A DNA stretch of 64,000 bases from Deltaproteobacteria bacterium. GTDB lineage: Bacteria > Myxococcota_A > Polyangia > JACPQR01. The position numbers and the translations under genes are program-made. Below, in pieces: positions 10,249 through 19,139 of the stretch. A model generated the notes under the pieces. It was not told where the DNA came from. It saw nothing but the letters and a program-made list of their open reading frames with translations, and did no database searches. The stretch is from NCBI GenBank assembly GCA_016190375.1, contig JACPQR010000184.1:1370-65369 (forward strand). The letters run 5' to 3'. Position 1 is the first letter of the stretch. Each line of letters opens with the position of its first letter.

Positions 10249-12114
10249 ATGGAAGCGCAAATGGCGGAGCTTGGTCCGGAGGTCTTGCCCGACGAGGTCG
10301 CGGAGCGGGCAAGACTGGGTGATCGTCGAGCATTTGCGGAGCTTTACCAGCGGTTCTGGCCGCGGATCTATCGCCACACCTACCGGATGGTGGGCGGCGA
10401 CGCCGAGCGCGGGCGCGATCTCGCTCAGGAGGCATTCACCAGGGCCTTCGCGGCGATCGCGCAGACCCCCCCCGGTCTCCGGTTCAGGCCGTGGATCTAC
10501 CGCATCGCGACCAACCTCTGCCTGAACGACCTGGAGAAGCGCCGGCCGACACTGGTCCTGCAGGACCTCCCGGACTCGGACCTCGATCCCCCGGATGCCC
10601 GGGGCCTCAGGCGCGACGAGCGCCGAAAGGTCTGGCGAATCCTCGCGGCCCTTCCGGATCGCGCGCGTCAGGTCCTCGTCCTGCGCGAGCTCGACGAGCT
10701 CGACTTCGGCGAGATCGCCCTCATCCTCGGTACCACCGTCGGCAACGTCCAGGTGATGCTCCACCGGGCCAGGCGCCGCTTCGCGCAGGCCCACGGCGCG
10801 AGCATCTCGAGCGACCGCGAGCCCGAGAGCCTCGCCTGCCGCGAGTTCGAGGATCTGGTCCGGCGCTACGTCGAGGAAGACCTCGACGGTTCCGCCCGCG
10901 TGCAGCTACGCGAGCACCTGGAGCTCTGCGCCGGCTGCGGGGCGGAACGCGCGGCCCAGAGGTCAGCGAGAGCGCTCTTCGCGATGCTCCCGATCATTCC
11001 GGTTCCGAAGGCGCCCGCGGGAGTCGTCCTTGGCTCGGGCGGCGCCGGCTCGGCCATCGGCTCGCAGGGCGCGCTGGGCATCGCGGGATCGACGGCGAAC
11101 GCGGCCGGCTGGGCCGCGATCGGGGGCAAGCTCGCCCTCGCGGCCGGCCTCACTGCGGTTGCGGCGGTGGGCGTAGTGCTCGGGCCGCGGCTCTGGATCT
11201 CACCACCGAGACCCGCCGGAGCGCAGCACGGGGTGGCCGCGCGCGGCGAGCCGCGCCCCGCGGGCGCTGCCCCGACGGCCCAGGTACCCGCGCCGACCTC
11301 CGAGGTGCCCGCTCCTCCTCCGGCCGCTGTTGCGCCATCGCCCCGCCGCGCACGAGCGCCTCGCGCGAAGGGCCCGCCGCGTTCGGAAGGGCAGTCCTCC
11401 GTCTTCGGCCAGGTCCTCTTCGGAAGAGCCGCGTCGGCGGTCGGGCCAGGAAGGCGGCCCGGCTCGCGCCTCCTGGGCGGCGAGGTGCTGCGGACTCCAG
11501 GCTTCCTCGCGCTCCGCCTCGGGGACAAGAACGTCCTGCGCGCCGAGCCAGGGACGAAGCTGCGCGTCGCGACGGAGCGGAACCGGCCCACCGTCCACCT
11601 GGAATCGGGCGAGATCTGGGTGCGGCGAAGCACGCAGGACCTGCACGTCGTCGCCGGCGGACGGTTCGAGGTCGATCCGCAAGGCGGCTCCGCGCGAGTC
11701 CGGACCGCCGCCGGCCGCACGACCATCGAGGCGCTCTCGAACGGCGTCCTCGCGCGGATCGCCCAATCCAGCCCGATCCTGATCCTCCAGCGCGCTCAGG
11801 CCGTCTCGAGCGACGGGCCGTCCGGGCCAGAGCCGCTCCCGCCCCCGCCTGCCGGTCTGCGCCCGACGACGTTCGACGGCACGGGCGCGCCCCTGTTGGC
11901 CTGGGACCCTTCCCCCGGTGCGCGCTCCTACCGCTTCGAGATCGCCCGGAGCCCCGAGTTCCTCGACGTGGAGTCGGCCGTCTCGACCGCCCAGACGCAG
12001 ATCCAGCCAGTCGTCCCCATCGGCCGCCACTACTGGCGAGTCCTGGCCGAGGACGAGCGCGGCCTGCGCTCCGAGAGCTCCCGGATCTACAGCTTCTTCA
12101 CCGAGCAGCCGTGA
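10249..12114 (+). CDS. ECF sigma-70 factor fused to ZAS (zf-HC2) anti-sigma domain, TM helix, FecR-like and FN3-like domains
   Basis: Region 2 DLAQEAF...PWIYRIATN; region 4 EIALILG...HRARRRF; HLELCAGC; TM; LRLGDKNVLR...LESGEIWV; AWDPSPGARSY...YWRV. Confidence 0.8.
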   Translation: MEAQMAELGPEVLPDEVAERARLGDRRAFAELYQRFWPRIYRHTYRMVGGDAERGRDLAQEAFTRAFAAIAQTPPGLRFRPWIYRIATNLCLNDLEKRRPTLVLQDLPDSDLDPPDARGLRRDERRKVWRILAALPDRARQVLVLRELDELDFGEIALILGTTVGNVQVMLHRARRRFAQAHGASISSDREPESLACREFEDLVRRYVEEDLDGSARVQLREHLELCAGCGAERAAQRSARALFAMLPIIPVPKAPAGVVLGSGGAGSAIGSQGALGIAGSTANAAGWAAIGGKLALAAGLTAVAAVGVVLGPRLWISPPRPAGAQHGVAARGEPRPAGAAPTAQVPAPTSEVPAPPPAAVAPSPRRARAPRAKGPPRSEGQSSVFGQVLFGRAASAVGPGRRPGSRLLGGEVLRTPGFLALRLGDKNVLRAEPGTKLRVATERNRPTVHLESGEIWVRRSTQDLHVVAGGRFEVDPQGGSARVRTAAGRTTIEALSNGVLARIAQSSPILILQRAQAVSSDGPSGPEPLPPPPAGLRPTTFDGTGAPLLAWDPSPGARSYRFEIARSPEFLDVESAVSTAQTQIQPVVPIGRHYWRVLAEDERGLRSESSRIYSFFTEQP

Positions 12115-12168
12115 AGGGCTTGCCGTGTCGCCTTTGGACGCGCCGGCGCGCGCGAGCGCCGGGTGCGT

Positions 12169-12197
12169 TTGACCGCGCCTGCACTGCTTGGTAGCTT
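12169..12197 (+). promoter_or_regulatory. Sigma70-like promoter of hicBA, probably near-leaderless
   Basis: TTGACC-17 bp-TAGCTT, 9 nt before ATG 12207. Confidence 0.55.
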
Positions 12198-12206
12198 GGC
12201 AATTGG

Positions 12207-12467
12207 ATGGCAACCGAGCGAAAGGCGAAGATTCTCTCGTACACGGTCCTCTTCGAGCCCCTCCCGGAAGGTGGCTACAACGTCGTCGTGCCCGCCATTC
12301 CGGAGATCTGTACCTTTGGAAGGACCTTCGCCGAAGCTCGGCGCATGGGGGCGGACGCCCTCCGGTGCTACGTCGAGAGCGTCGAGAAGGCGCGCCTGGA
12401 GCTGCCGCGTGACATCAGGCGCTCTCCCCGGATCGAACGCCTCGAGGTGAAGCGCCGATCGGCATGA
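12207..12467 (+). CDS. hicB: HicB family antitoxin
   Basis: YTVLFEPLPEGGYNVVVPAIPEICTFGRTFAEA; stop overlaps next start (ATGA). Confidence 0.88.
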   Translation: MATERKAKILSYTVLFEPLPEGGYNVVVPAIPEICTFGRTFAEARRMGADALRCYVESVEKARLELPRDIRRSPRIERLEVKRRSA

Positions 12468-12870
12468 CGAAGCCACCAGTTGTGAAGGCACGAGAGGTCG
12501 TTGCGGCGCTGCGGCGAGCGGACTTCGCGGTCCACCACCAGACGGGAAGCCACGTGAGGCTCCGCCATCGCGACGGCCGGCGCGTCACCGTGCCGATGCA
12601 CGGTGGCGACGTCCCGCTGGGAACGCTCCGCCGGATCGCCGAACGGGCTGGAATCATGCCCATCCGGTTGCTTGCCAGACGCGGGCCCAACAGGCGACAG
12701 GCGACAGGCAACTGGCAGCCGCCGGACGCACGCGCTGCTCATCCGGGTCCGGAATTGCCCGTCGCCGGCTGCCTGTCGCCTGTTCAATCCCTGCCCGTCC
12801 GGATCCCGGCTTGGCAAGAAACCGGATGGGCATGGCTGGAATGACGGTGGACCAGCTCAGAGACCTCCTG
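12464..12870 (+). pseudogene. hicA: HicA family mRNA interferase toxin, interrupted near its 3' end by a MITE-like insertion
   Basis: QTGSHVRL...VTVPMHG...GTLRRI; removing the insert and one TSD copy restores ERAGMTVDQLRDLL. Confidence 0.8.
12655..12834. mobile_element. 180-bp MITE-like element, 23-bp TIR, 8-bp TSD GCTGGAAT
   Basis: Left CATGCCCATCCGGTTGCTTGCCA; right end reverse complement CATGCCCATCCGGTTTCTTGCCA; GCTGGAAT at 12647-12654 and 12835-12842. Confidence 0.9.
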
Positions 12871-12911
12871 CCGGCTCGTCCCCTCTGGCCCCAGGTCCCT
12901 CTCTGGTGCTC

Positions 12912-14744
12912 TCAACGAGCGGGGAGGGGCATCCGCGCTCGTACGATCGCGAGCGTCTCCTCGAGGAGCTGTCGTGCGCGCTTCTCGAGGTCGGCGACGG
13001 TGGCGCGCATCTGATCGACGTAGGCGGCGTCCTCGAGGCCGCCGAGGTTGATCAGCACGTTGAGGATGCCGCCCATCACGCCCGTGAAGGCGGCGAGGGC
13101 TCCGACTCCCGCGTCGCTCACCGAGCTGGCGTTGCCGGTTCGGCCGACGAGAAGCGCTGCCTCCATCGCGCGCAGGCTCCGCCGCGCGGTCTCGAGCGGG
13201 ACGCCGATCACGGCCTCGAGCTCCCGGTCCATCGCCGCCTTGCGCGCGGCTCGCTCTTCGACGGTGCCCTTCGGGAGACGCATCGCGCTCATGTAGCCGG
13301 AGAAGGCATTCGCGTCGGCGTCGACGGCTTCGAGCAGCCCATCCTTCAGCGCCTGGGCCTCCTCGGCGACCTGACGAAACTGGCCGAGCTCGTCCTTCGC
13401 CTTCCCGGCCGTCAGGTTCGCGACCATCGACGCCAGGGCGGCGCCCAGCGCGCCGGCGAGCGCGGCCACGGACCCACCGCCCGGCGCCGGCGACTCGCGC
13501 GAGACCTCGTGCACGAGGTCGTCGGTCTTCTTCTGGACGAGGGCTCCGGGATCGGCCTTCGGATAGCCCAGGACCTTCTCGCGGATGTCGAAGGCCTGGA
13601 CGTCGGCGAGTCCCATGGACTGCACCGCCGTCGCGAGGACGTCGTCCAGCGGGATGCCGGTCGAGCGTCCCTGCTTGCGAAGGTAGTGGCGGCCGGCCTC
13701 GACCATGGCGGGGAGCGGCACCAGGCCCACGATCTCGCTGCCCGTCACGACCAGGCCGCGCTCCGCCGCGAGCTCTCGCGCCTTGTCGAGGACCACGTGC
13801 GGCGGCGTCACGCGGTAGTCCGTCAGGTTGATCGAGATCTGGACACGGTCGTACTGCGGCACCTCCCACCCGATGGCGCGGCAGTGGTGGAAGAGACCCG
13901 GCTTGAGCGCGGAGGCGCCGATGAGGTTGCCCGGATCCTGGTCGTGCAGGCGGCACAGCTCCGCCAGGTCGTACTCGTGGGCGCCTTTCGTGTGGGCGAA
14001 GAGCTCGGCCGCGGTCTTCGCCTGGAGGTCGCACGAGCCGCAGAGGAATCGTCCCTCGGAGTGCTTGAGGACCTCGCCCCGGTAGTAGAAGGGCCTCGTC
14101 TCGCCGCGCCGCGCGGAGCGCCCCTTCTCGCGGAGCTCGAACGCGATGTCCGTCGCGTGGTCCTTGCAGCGCGAGTTGAGGTCGATGTTGTAGGCGATCA
14201 GGAACTCGCGGGCGCCGATCACGGTCGCGCCGGCGCGGGCGTTGAAGGTGGTCGGGCCGAAGTCGGGCCTCCACTGGGGGTCGGCCAGCTTCTCCGCGAG
14301 CCCCTCGTACTCGCCTCGGCGGATGTTCGCGAGGCTCCGGCGCTCCGGCCGCGTCGCGGCGTTCTCGTACAGGTAGACGGGGATGCCGAGCTGGTCGCCG
14401 ACCCGCTGGCCGAGCTCCCGCGCGAGGCGCGCGCAGTCCTCCATCGTGACGTCGCTCACCGGCACGAAGGGGCACACGTCGGTCGCGCCCATCCGCGGGT
14501 GCGCGCCCGAGTGCTTGCTCATGTCGATGACCTCGGCGGCCCTCGCGATGGCGCGGAACGCCGCCTCCTTCGCCGCCTCGGGGCTCCCCACGAACGTGAC
14601 GACCACCCGGTTCGTGTCGGCGCCGGGATCGACGTCCTTCAGCTCCGCGCCCTCCACCGACTCGATCGCGTCGGTGATCTGCTTGATGACGTTCCTGTCG
14701 CGTCCCTCCGAGAAGTTCGGGACGCACTCCACGAGCTTGGCCAT
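12912..14744 (-). CDS. ftcd: Glutamate formimidoyltransferase / formiminotetrahydrofolate cyclodeaminase
   Basis: LVECVPNFSEGR, HPRMGATDVCPF, GAREFLIAYN, C-terminal SPAPGGGSVAAL cyclodeaminase domain. Confidence 0.93.
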   Translation of the reverse strand: MAKLVECVPNFSEGRDRNVIKQITDAIESVEGAELKDVDPGADTNRVVVTFVGSPEAAKEAAFRAIARAAEVIDMSKHSGAHPRMGATDVCPFVPVSDVTMEDCARLARELGQRVGDQLGIPVYLYENAATRPERRSLANIRRGEYEGLAEKLADPQWRPDFGPTTFNARAGATVIGAREFLIAYNIDLNSRCKDHATDIAFELREKGRSARRGETRPFYYRGEVLKHSEGRFLCGSCDLQAKTAAELFAHTKGAHEYDLAELCRLHDQDPGNLIGASALKPGLFHHCRAIGWEVPQYDRVQISINLTDYRVTPPHVVLDKARELAAERGLVVTGSEIVGLVPLPAMVEAGRHYLRKQGRSTGIPLDDVLATAVQSMGLADVQAFDIREKVLGYPKADPGALVQKKTDDLVHEVSRESPAPGGGSVAALAGALGAALASMVANLTAGKAKDELGQFRQVAEEAQALKDGLLEAVDADANAFSGYMSAMRLPKGTVEERAARKAAMDRELEAVIGVPLETARRSLRAMEAALLVGRTGNASSVSDAGVGALAAFTGVMGGILNVLINLGGLEDAAYVDQMRATVADLEKRARQLLEETLAIVRARMPLPAR

Positions 14745-14816
14745 GACCCGGCGGAGGGTAGCACTCCGGTGTCAGATGCGCGCCGGATGCGTAGCGTGTA
14801 GCATGCCCGCCAGAGC

Positions 14817-17354
14817 ATGCGCTCCCGAGCCGTCGCGCTCTTCGCCGTCCTGTTCGCGGCACCCGCCGCCGCGCAAGAGGGCCTCGAGCCGCCCGAGCTC
14901 AGCTCGTTCGTCCACGCCGAGTACCCTCGCGAGGCAGAGTCGCTCGGGCTCGAGGCGGAGGTGGTCCTGCGGCTCGACGTCGACGCGACCGGAGCCGTGA
15001 CGGCGGTGGAGGTCGTGGAGCCGGCGGGCAACGGCTTCGACGAGGCCGCCCTGGCCGCGTGCCGAGCCTTCCGCTTCGACCCCGCCCGGCGCGGCGGCGC
15101 GCCGATCGCCTCGCGCATCCTGTACCGCTACCGCTTCACGCTCGAGGAGCTGGTCGAGCCCGCCGAACGCGAGCCGGAGCGGCCGCAGGTGTCGGAGCTG
15201 CGCGGTTGGGTCCTCGACCGCCTGGGCGAGCCGATCGAGGGCGCCCAGGTCATGCTCAGGGTAGCGGGGGCAGGGGAGGTCGGCGGGCGGGCCACGGACG
15301 ACACCGGCGCCTTCGCGTTCGACGAGCTGCCACCCGCTCAGTACGAGGTCGAGGTCGCGGCCGGGGGCTTTCGCGTGCTCCAGACCCGCGAGGTCCTGGC
15401 AGCGGGCGCCGAGCTTCGCGTCCGCTACCGGCTGCGCGAGGAGGGCGCGCGCTACGAGTCGGTCACGCGGTCGAGGGTCGCGATCGAGCGTGACGTGGTC
15501 CGCCGGACGCTTACGCCCGACGACATGCGCCGAGTCCCCGGGACCTCGGGCGATGCGCTGCAGGCGGTCCAGGCGCTCCCCGGGGTCGCGCGGCCTCCAT
15601 TCGCGCTGGGCTTGTTCATCGTCCGCGGCTCCGCGCCCGACGACACGCTGGTCCTGCTCGACGACCATCCGATCCCGCTGCCGTACCACCTGGGCGGCCT
15701 GGCGACCGTCGTGACGAGCGACCTCATCGAGAAGATCGATCTGCTGCCGGGTAGCTTCAGCGTGCGCCACGGACGCATCTCGGGCGGCGTCGTCGACGTC
15801 CAGCTCCGTACGCCAAGGCGCGACCGCATGCACGGTTTCCTCGACGTGGACCTCGTGGACGCCGGCGTCCTCGGCGAGGTGCCCCTCGGCGATCGCGGGG
15901 CCGTGGCCATCGCGGCGCGCCGCAGCTACATCGACGCGGTCCTCCCCGCGATCTTCCCCGACGACGCCGGCCTCGCGTTCACGCAGTTCCCCGTCTACTG
16001 GGACTACCAGGCGATCGCCGACTACGACATCTCCTCGGGCACGGGGCTCAGGGTCCTCGCGTCGGGCAGCGACGACGAGCTCGCGCTGCGGCTCGACGAG
16101 GCGGCCCAGAACGATCCGGCGATCCGCGGGAGCTTCAGCACCCACTTCGCCCACCAGCAGGTCCAGGCGCGACTGACGAGCCGGCTGGCGGGCGGGGCCA
16201 TCCACAGGTTCTCGCCCGCGCTGACCTGGAGCGTGACGGAGGGCGACGCGGGCCCTTCGATTCACTTCGACTTCGAGAGCCTGCTGGCGACGCTGCGCGA
16301 CGAGCTGGACGCGCCGATCGGCCCGCACGCACGGCTCCGGCTCGGCGTCGACGTGCAGACCGGCGCCATCGACACGAACGTGCGAGCTCCCCAGCCGCCC
16401 GACCCACGCGAGACCCAGAACCCCATCTACGGCCAGGAAGTGAAGTCCTACGACGACGAACGCTTCCTGACGAACATCGGGGCCTACGCGGAGCTGGCGC
16501 TCGAGCCCGCCGCGGGGCTTTCGCTGACGGCGGGGGCGCGGTTCGATCACCTGGGCCTGATCGGCGCGAACGTGGTCGACCCGCGAGCCGGCTTCCGCTG
16601 GCAGGCCCACTCGCGACTGGTGATGAAGGGGGGGCTCGGGCTGTACTCGCAGCCGCCTCGCGGATTCGAGGTCGTTCCCGGCTTCGGAAACCCGGACCTC
16701 GAGGCCGAGCGCGGCGTCCACTACACGATCGGGCTCGAGCACAAGCTGGCCGAGCCGGTCACGCTCGACGTCCAGCTCTTCGGAAAGAGCCTGGCGAACG
16801 CGGCGGCCCCGAGCGAGACGGAGGGCTTCGCCTCGACGGGGCTGGGGCGGACCGTCGGGCTCGAGACGATGCTGGTCTTCCGCCCGAGGCTGCCCGCGTT
16901 CGGGTGGATCTCGTACACGCTGTCGAAGAGCGAGCGTCGCGACGCTCCCGGCGAGCCGTACCGCCTCTTCGAGTACGACCAGACCCACATCCTGTCGGTG
17001 GTCGCGGGGACGATGCTGCCTGGCGGGTTCGAGCTCGGGTGCCGGCTGCGCTACGCGAGCGGCTTCCCGGAGACGCCCGTGGCCGGCGCCGTCTACGACG
17101 CGGACTTCGACGTGTATCGACCGCTGTCGGCCGCCTCGGGATCCTCGAGGATCCCGCCGTTCTTCTCCCTCGATCTGCGGCTGGCGAAGCGCTGGCGCGC
17201 CTGGGGCGCGCGCTGGACCCTGACCCTGGACGTCCAGAACGCCACGGTCCACTCGAACCCGGAGCGAAGGATCTACGCGTACGACTACTCGGACAGCACC
17301 TTCGCGACGGGCATCCCGATCCTACCAAGCCTCGGGCTGCGCGCCGAGATGTGA
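14817..17354 (+). CDS. TonB-dependent receptor with N-terminal TonB C-terminal-like and carboxypeptidase-regulatory-like domains
   Basis: YPREA...GFDEAALAA...FDPA; plug region PGTSGDALQAVQALPGVAR...VRGS; barrel with GNPDL. Confidence 0.88.
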   Translation: MRSRAVALFAVLFAAPAAAQEGLEPPELSSFVHAEYPREAESLGLEAEVVLRLDVDATGAVTAVEVVEPAGNGFDEAALAACRAFRFDPARRGGAPIASRILYRYRFTLEELVEPAEREPERPQVSELRGWVLDRLGEPIEGAQVMLRVAGAGEVGGRATDDTGAFAFDELPPAQYEVEVAAGGFRVLQTREVLAAGAELRVRYRLREEGARYESVTRSRVAIERDVVRRTLTPDDMRRVPGTSGDALQAVQALPGVARPPFALGLFIVRGSAPDDTLVLLDDHPIPLPYHLGGLATVVTSDLIEKIDLLPGSFSVRHGRISGGVVDVQLRTPRRDRMHGFLDVDLVDAGVLGEVPLGDRGAVAIAARRSYIDAVLPAIFPDDAGLAFTQFPVYWDYQAIADYDISSGTGLRVLASGSDDELALRLDEAAQNDPAIRGSFSTHFAHQQVQARLTSRLAGGAIHRFSPALTWSVTEGDAGPSIHFDFESLLATLRDELDAPIGPHARLRLGVDVQTGAIDTNVRAPQPPDPRETQNPIYGQEVKSYDDERFLTNIGAYAELALEPAAGLSLTAGARFDHLGLIGANVVDPRAGFRWQAHSRLVMKGGLGLYSQPPRGFEVVPGFGNPDLEAERGVHYTIGLEHKLAEPVTLDVQLFGKSLANAAAPSETEGFASTGLGRTVGLETMLVFRPRLPAFGWISYTLSKSERRDAPGEPYRLFEYDQTHILSVVAGTMLPGGFELGCRLRYASGFPETPVAGAVYDADFDVYRPLSAASGSSRIPPFFSLDLRLAKRWRAWGARWTLTLDVQNATVHSNPERRIYAYDYSDSTFATGIPILPSLGLRAEM

Positions 17355-17360
17355 GGGGGG

Positions 17361-18455
17361 CTACGGCAGGACGTTCACGGTCCCGTTCATGTCGATCGCC
17401 TCGTGGATCCGGCAGAAGTAGGGGACCGCGCCGGCCTGCGAGAAGGTGAAGTCGAACGTCTCGTTCGGCCCGAACGGATTCTCGTCGAAGAGGTCGCCCA
17501 CGTTCGGGGCGCTCGAGGACGCACCCGAGGTCACGGTATGGTCGAACGGGTCGCGGTTCACCCAGTGAACCGTGCCGCCCGCGTGGATCGTGACGACCTG
17601 GGGTACGAACTCGTTGTCTTCGAGCTCCACCGTCACCTCCTCCGGCGTGGGCGTGACGTCGCAGAACTCGTCGGGCAGAGCGCCCTGGCAGCCATAGCCC
17701 TCGTCGTCGCGGCAGTCCGCGTCGGTGGTGCAGATCGCTCTGCAAAAACGCTCCGCGCAGATCGAGCCGGCGGGGCACCCCGTCGTCGCCGAGCAGGCCT
17801 GCGTGCACTGTCCGCCCGGGTCCTCGGTGTCACACAAGCCGCTCTCGCAGTCCTCGTCGGCCCCGCACGCGTCGCCGATCGGCGCCCGCGGCTCCGGGGC
17901 CACGTCGCAGAACCGGTCGGGCGCGTCGCCCTGGCACGAGTACCCCTCCGCCTCGCGGCAGTCCGCGTCCACCTCGCACGCGCTGAAGCAGAGACCCTCG
18001 CTGCAGACCGCGCCGGTCGGACAGTCCGAGCTGTCCGTACAGACCTGAGTGCACTGGCCGCCCGGGTCGTCAGTGTTGCAGAGGTCGCTCTCGCAGCCCG
18101 AGTGGTCGCTGCACGGCGCTCCGATGGGCGAAGCCTCCTCGGGAGCCACGTCGCAGAAGCGATCGGGACCGCCACCCTGGCAGGAGTAGCCCTGACGGCA
18201 GTCGCCATCGGAGCTGCAAGCGCGGCGGCAGAGCGAGTCGGGGTCGCAGACCGCGCTCTCGCCGCACTCCTCGTCCGCGGCGCACTGCCTCGTGCACTGG
18301 CCCCCGAGGTCGTCCTGGTCGCAGTCGTTGCTCTCGCAATCGCCGTTCGACGAGCACGGATCGCCTATGCCCGCACGCTCGGGCTCGGGCTCACCCCCGC
18401 CGCCACCTCCGCAGGAAACGCACGCCACGGCTGCGACCAGTATTGCTCTGTTCAT
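17361..18455 (-). CDS. Cys-rich triple-repeat lipoprotein with C-terminal cupredoxin domain
   Basis: Lipobox-like ACVSC; three ~78-aa repeats with 12 Cys each; HTVT...YFCRIH...M type-1 copper ligands. Confidence 0.8.
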   Translation of the reverse strand: MNRAILVAAVACVSCGGGGGGEPEPERAGIGDPCSSNGDCESNDCDQDDLGGQCTRQCAADEECGESAVCDPDSLCRRACSSDGDCRQGYSCQGGGPDRFCDVAPEEASPIGAPCSDHSGCESDLCNTDDPGGQCTQVCTDSSDCPTGAVCSEGLCFSACEVDADCREAEGYSCQGDAPDRFCDVAPEPRAPIGDACGADEDCESGLCDTEDPGGQCTQACSATTGCPAGSICAERFCRAICTTDADCRDDEGYGCQGALPDEFCDVTPTPEEVTVELEDNEFVPQVVTIHAGGTVHWVNRDPFDHTVTSGASSSAPNVGDLFDENPFGPNETFDFTFSQAGAVPYFCRIHEAIDMNGTVNVLP

Positions 18456-18635
18456 CTCGACCCTCCGGGCGCCACGGCGCCTCGACCAACGTCCAGCAAG
18501 CGATGTGCCCACGAGGGGCCGGCCGGGCGTCATGCGAGAGCAGACTGAGCCCCGGAGCGCGCTTGCCCGCACGAGGCCGCCAGGCTACCGGATCGTCACG
18601 GCCGTGCGCACGGCCGGCGCGGTCGCGTCGCCGGA

Positions 18636-19100
18636 TCACCGGCCGGAGGATTTCACCCTGCGCTCGCCCGAGAGCTGCACGACGAGGTCGCGCTGGCGTG
18701 GCCTGTTGTCGAAGTCGATGAGCACGATCTGCTGCCACGTCCCCAGGAGGAGCTTTCCTTCTCGGAACGGCACCGCGAGCGAGCACCCGAGCATCGCGGC
18801 GCGGACGTGCGAGTGGCCGTTCCCGTCGTGCCACATCTCCTCGTGGTGGTAGCGAGCGGACCGCGGCGCGAGACGCTCGAACGCCGCGGGAATGTCCTGC
18901 AAGAGACCGGGCTCGTACTCGAGCGTCGTGACGCCCGCCGTGGAGCCCGGCACGAAGACGAGAGCCTGGCCCTCGACGAAGCGGTGCTCGTAGACGAGGG
19001 CCGCGACCTGCGTCGTGACGTCGACGATCTCCGCGTCGCCTCCCGTGCACACGCGCACCGTGTCCGTGACGAGCGCCATCGCGGTCCCTGGCTCGGCCAT
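18636..19100 (-). CDS. yjbQ: YjbQ/UPF0047 family (secondary thiamine-phosphate synthase) protein
   Basis: GSTAGVT..E, NGHSHVRA, LGTWQQI..DFD. Confidence 0.9.
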   Translation of the reverse strand: MAEPGTAMALVTDTVRVCTGGDAEIVDVTTQVAALVYEHRFVEGQALVFVPGSTAGVTTLEYEPGLLQDIPAAFERLAPRSARYHHEEMWHDGNGHSHVRAAMLGCSLAVPFREGKLLLGTWQQIVLIDFDNRPRQRDLVVQLSGERRVKSSGR

Positions 19101-19139
19101 GAGCCATCGTACTGCAACCTCCCGTAAGTCGGTGGCCGA

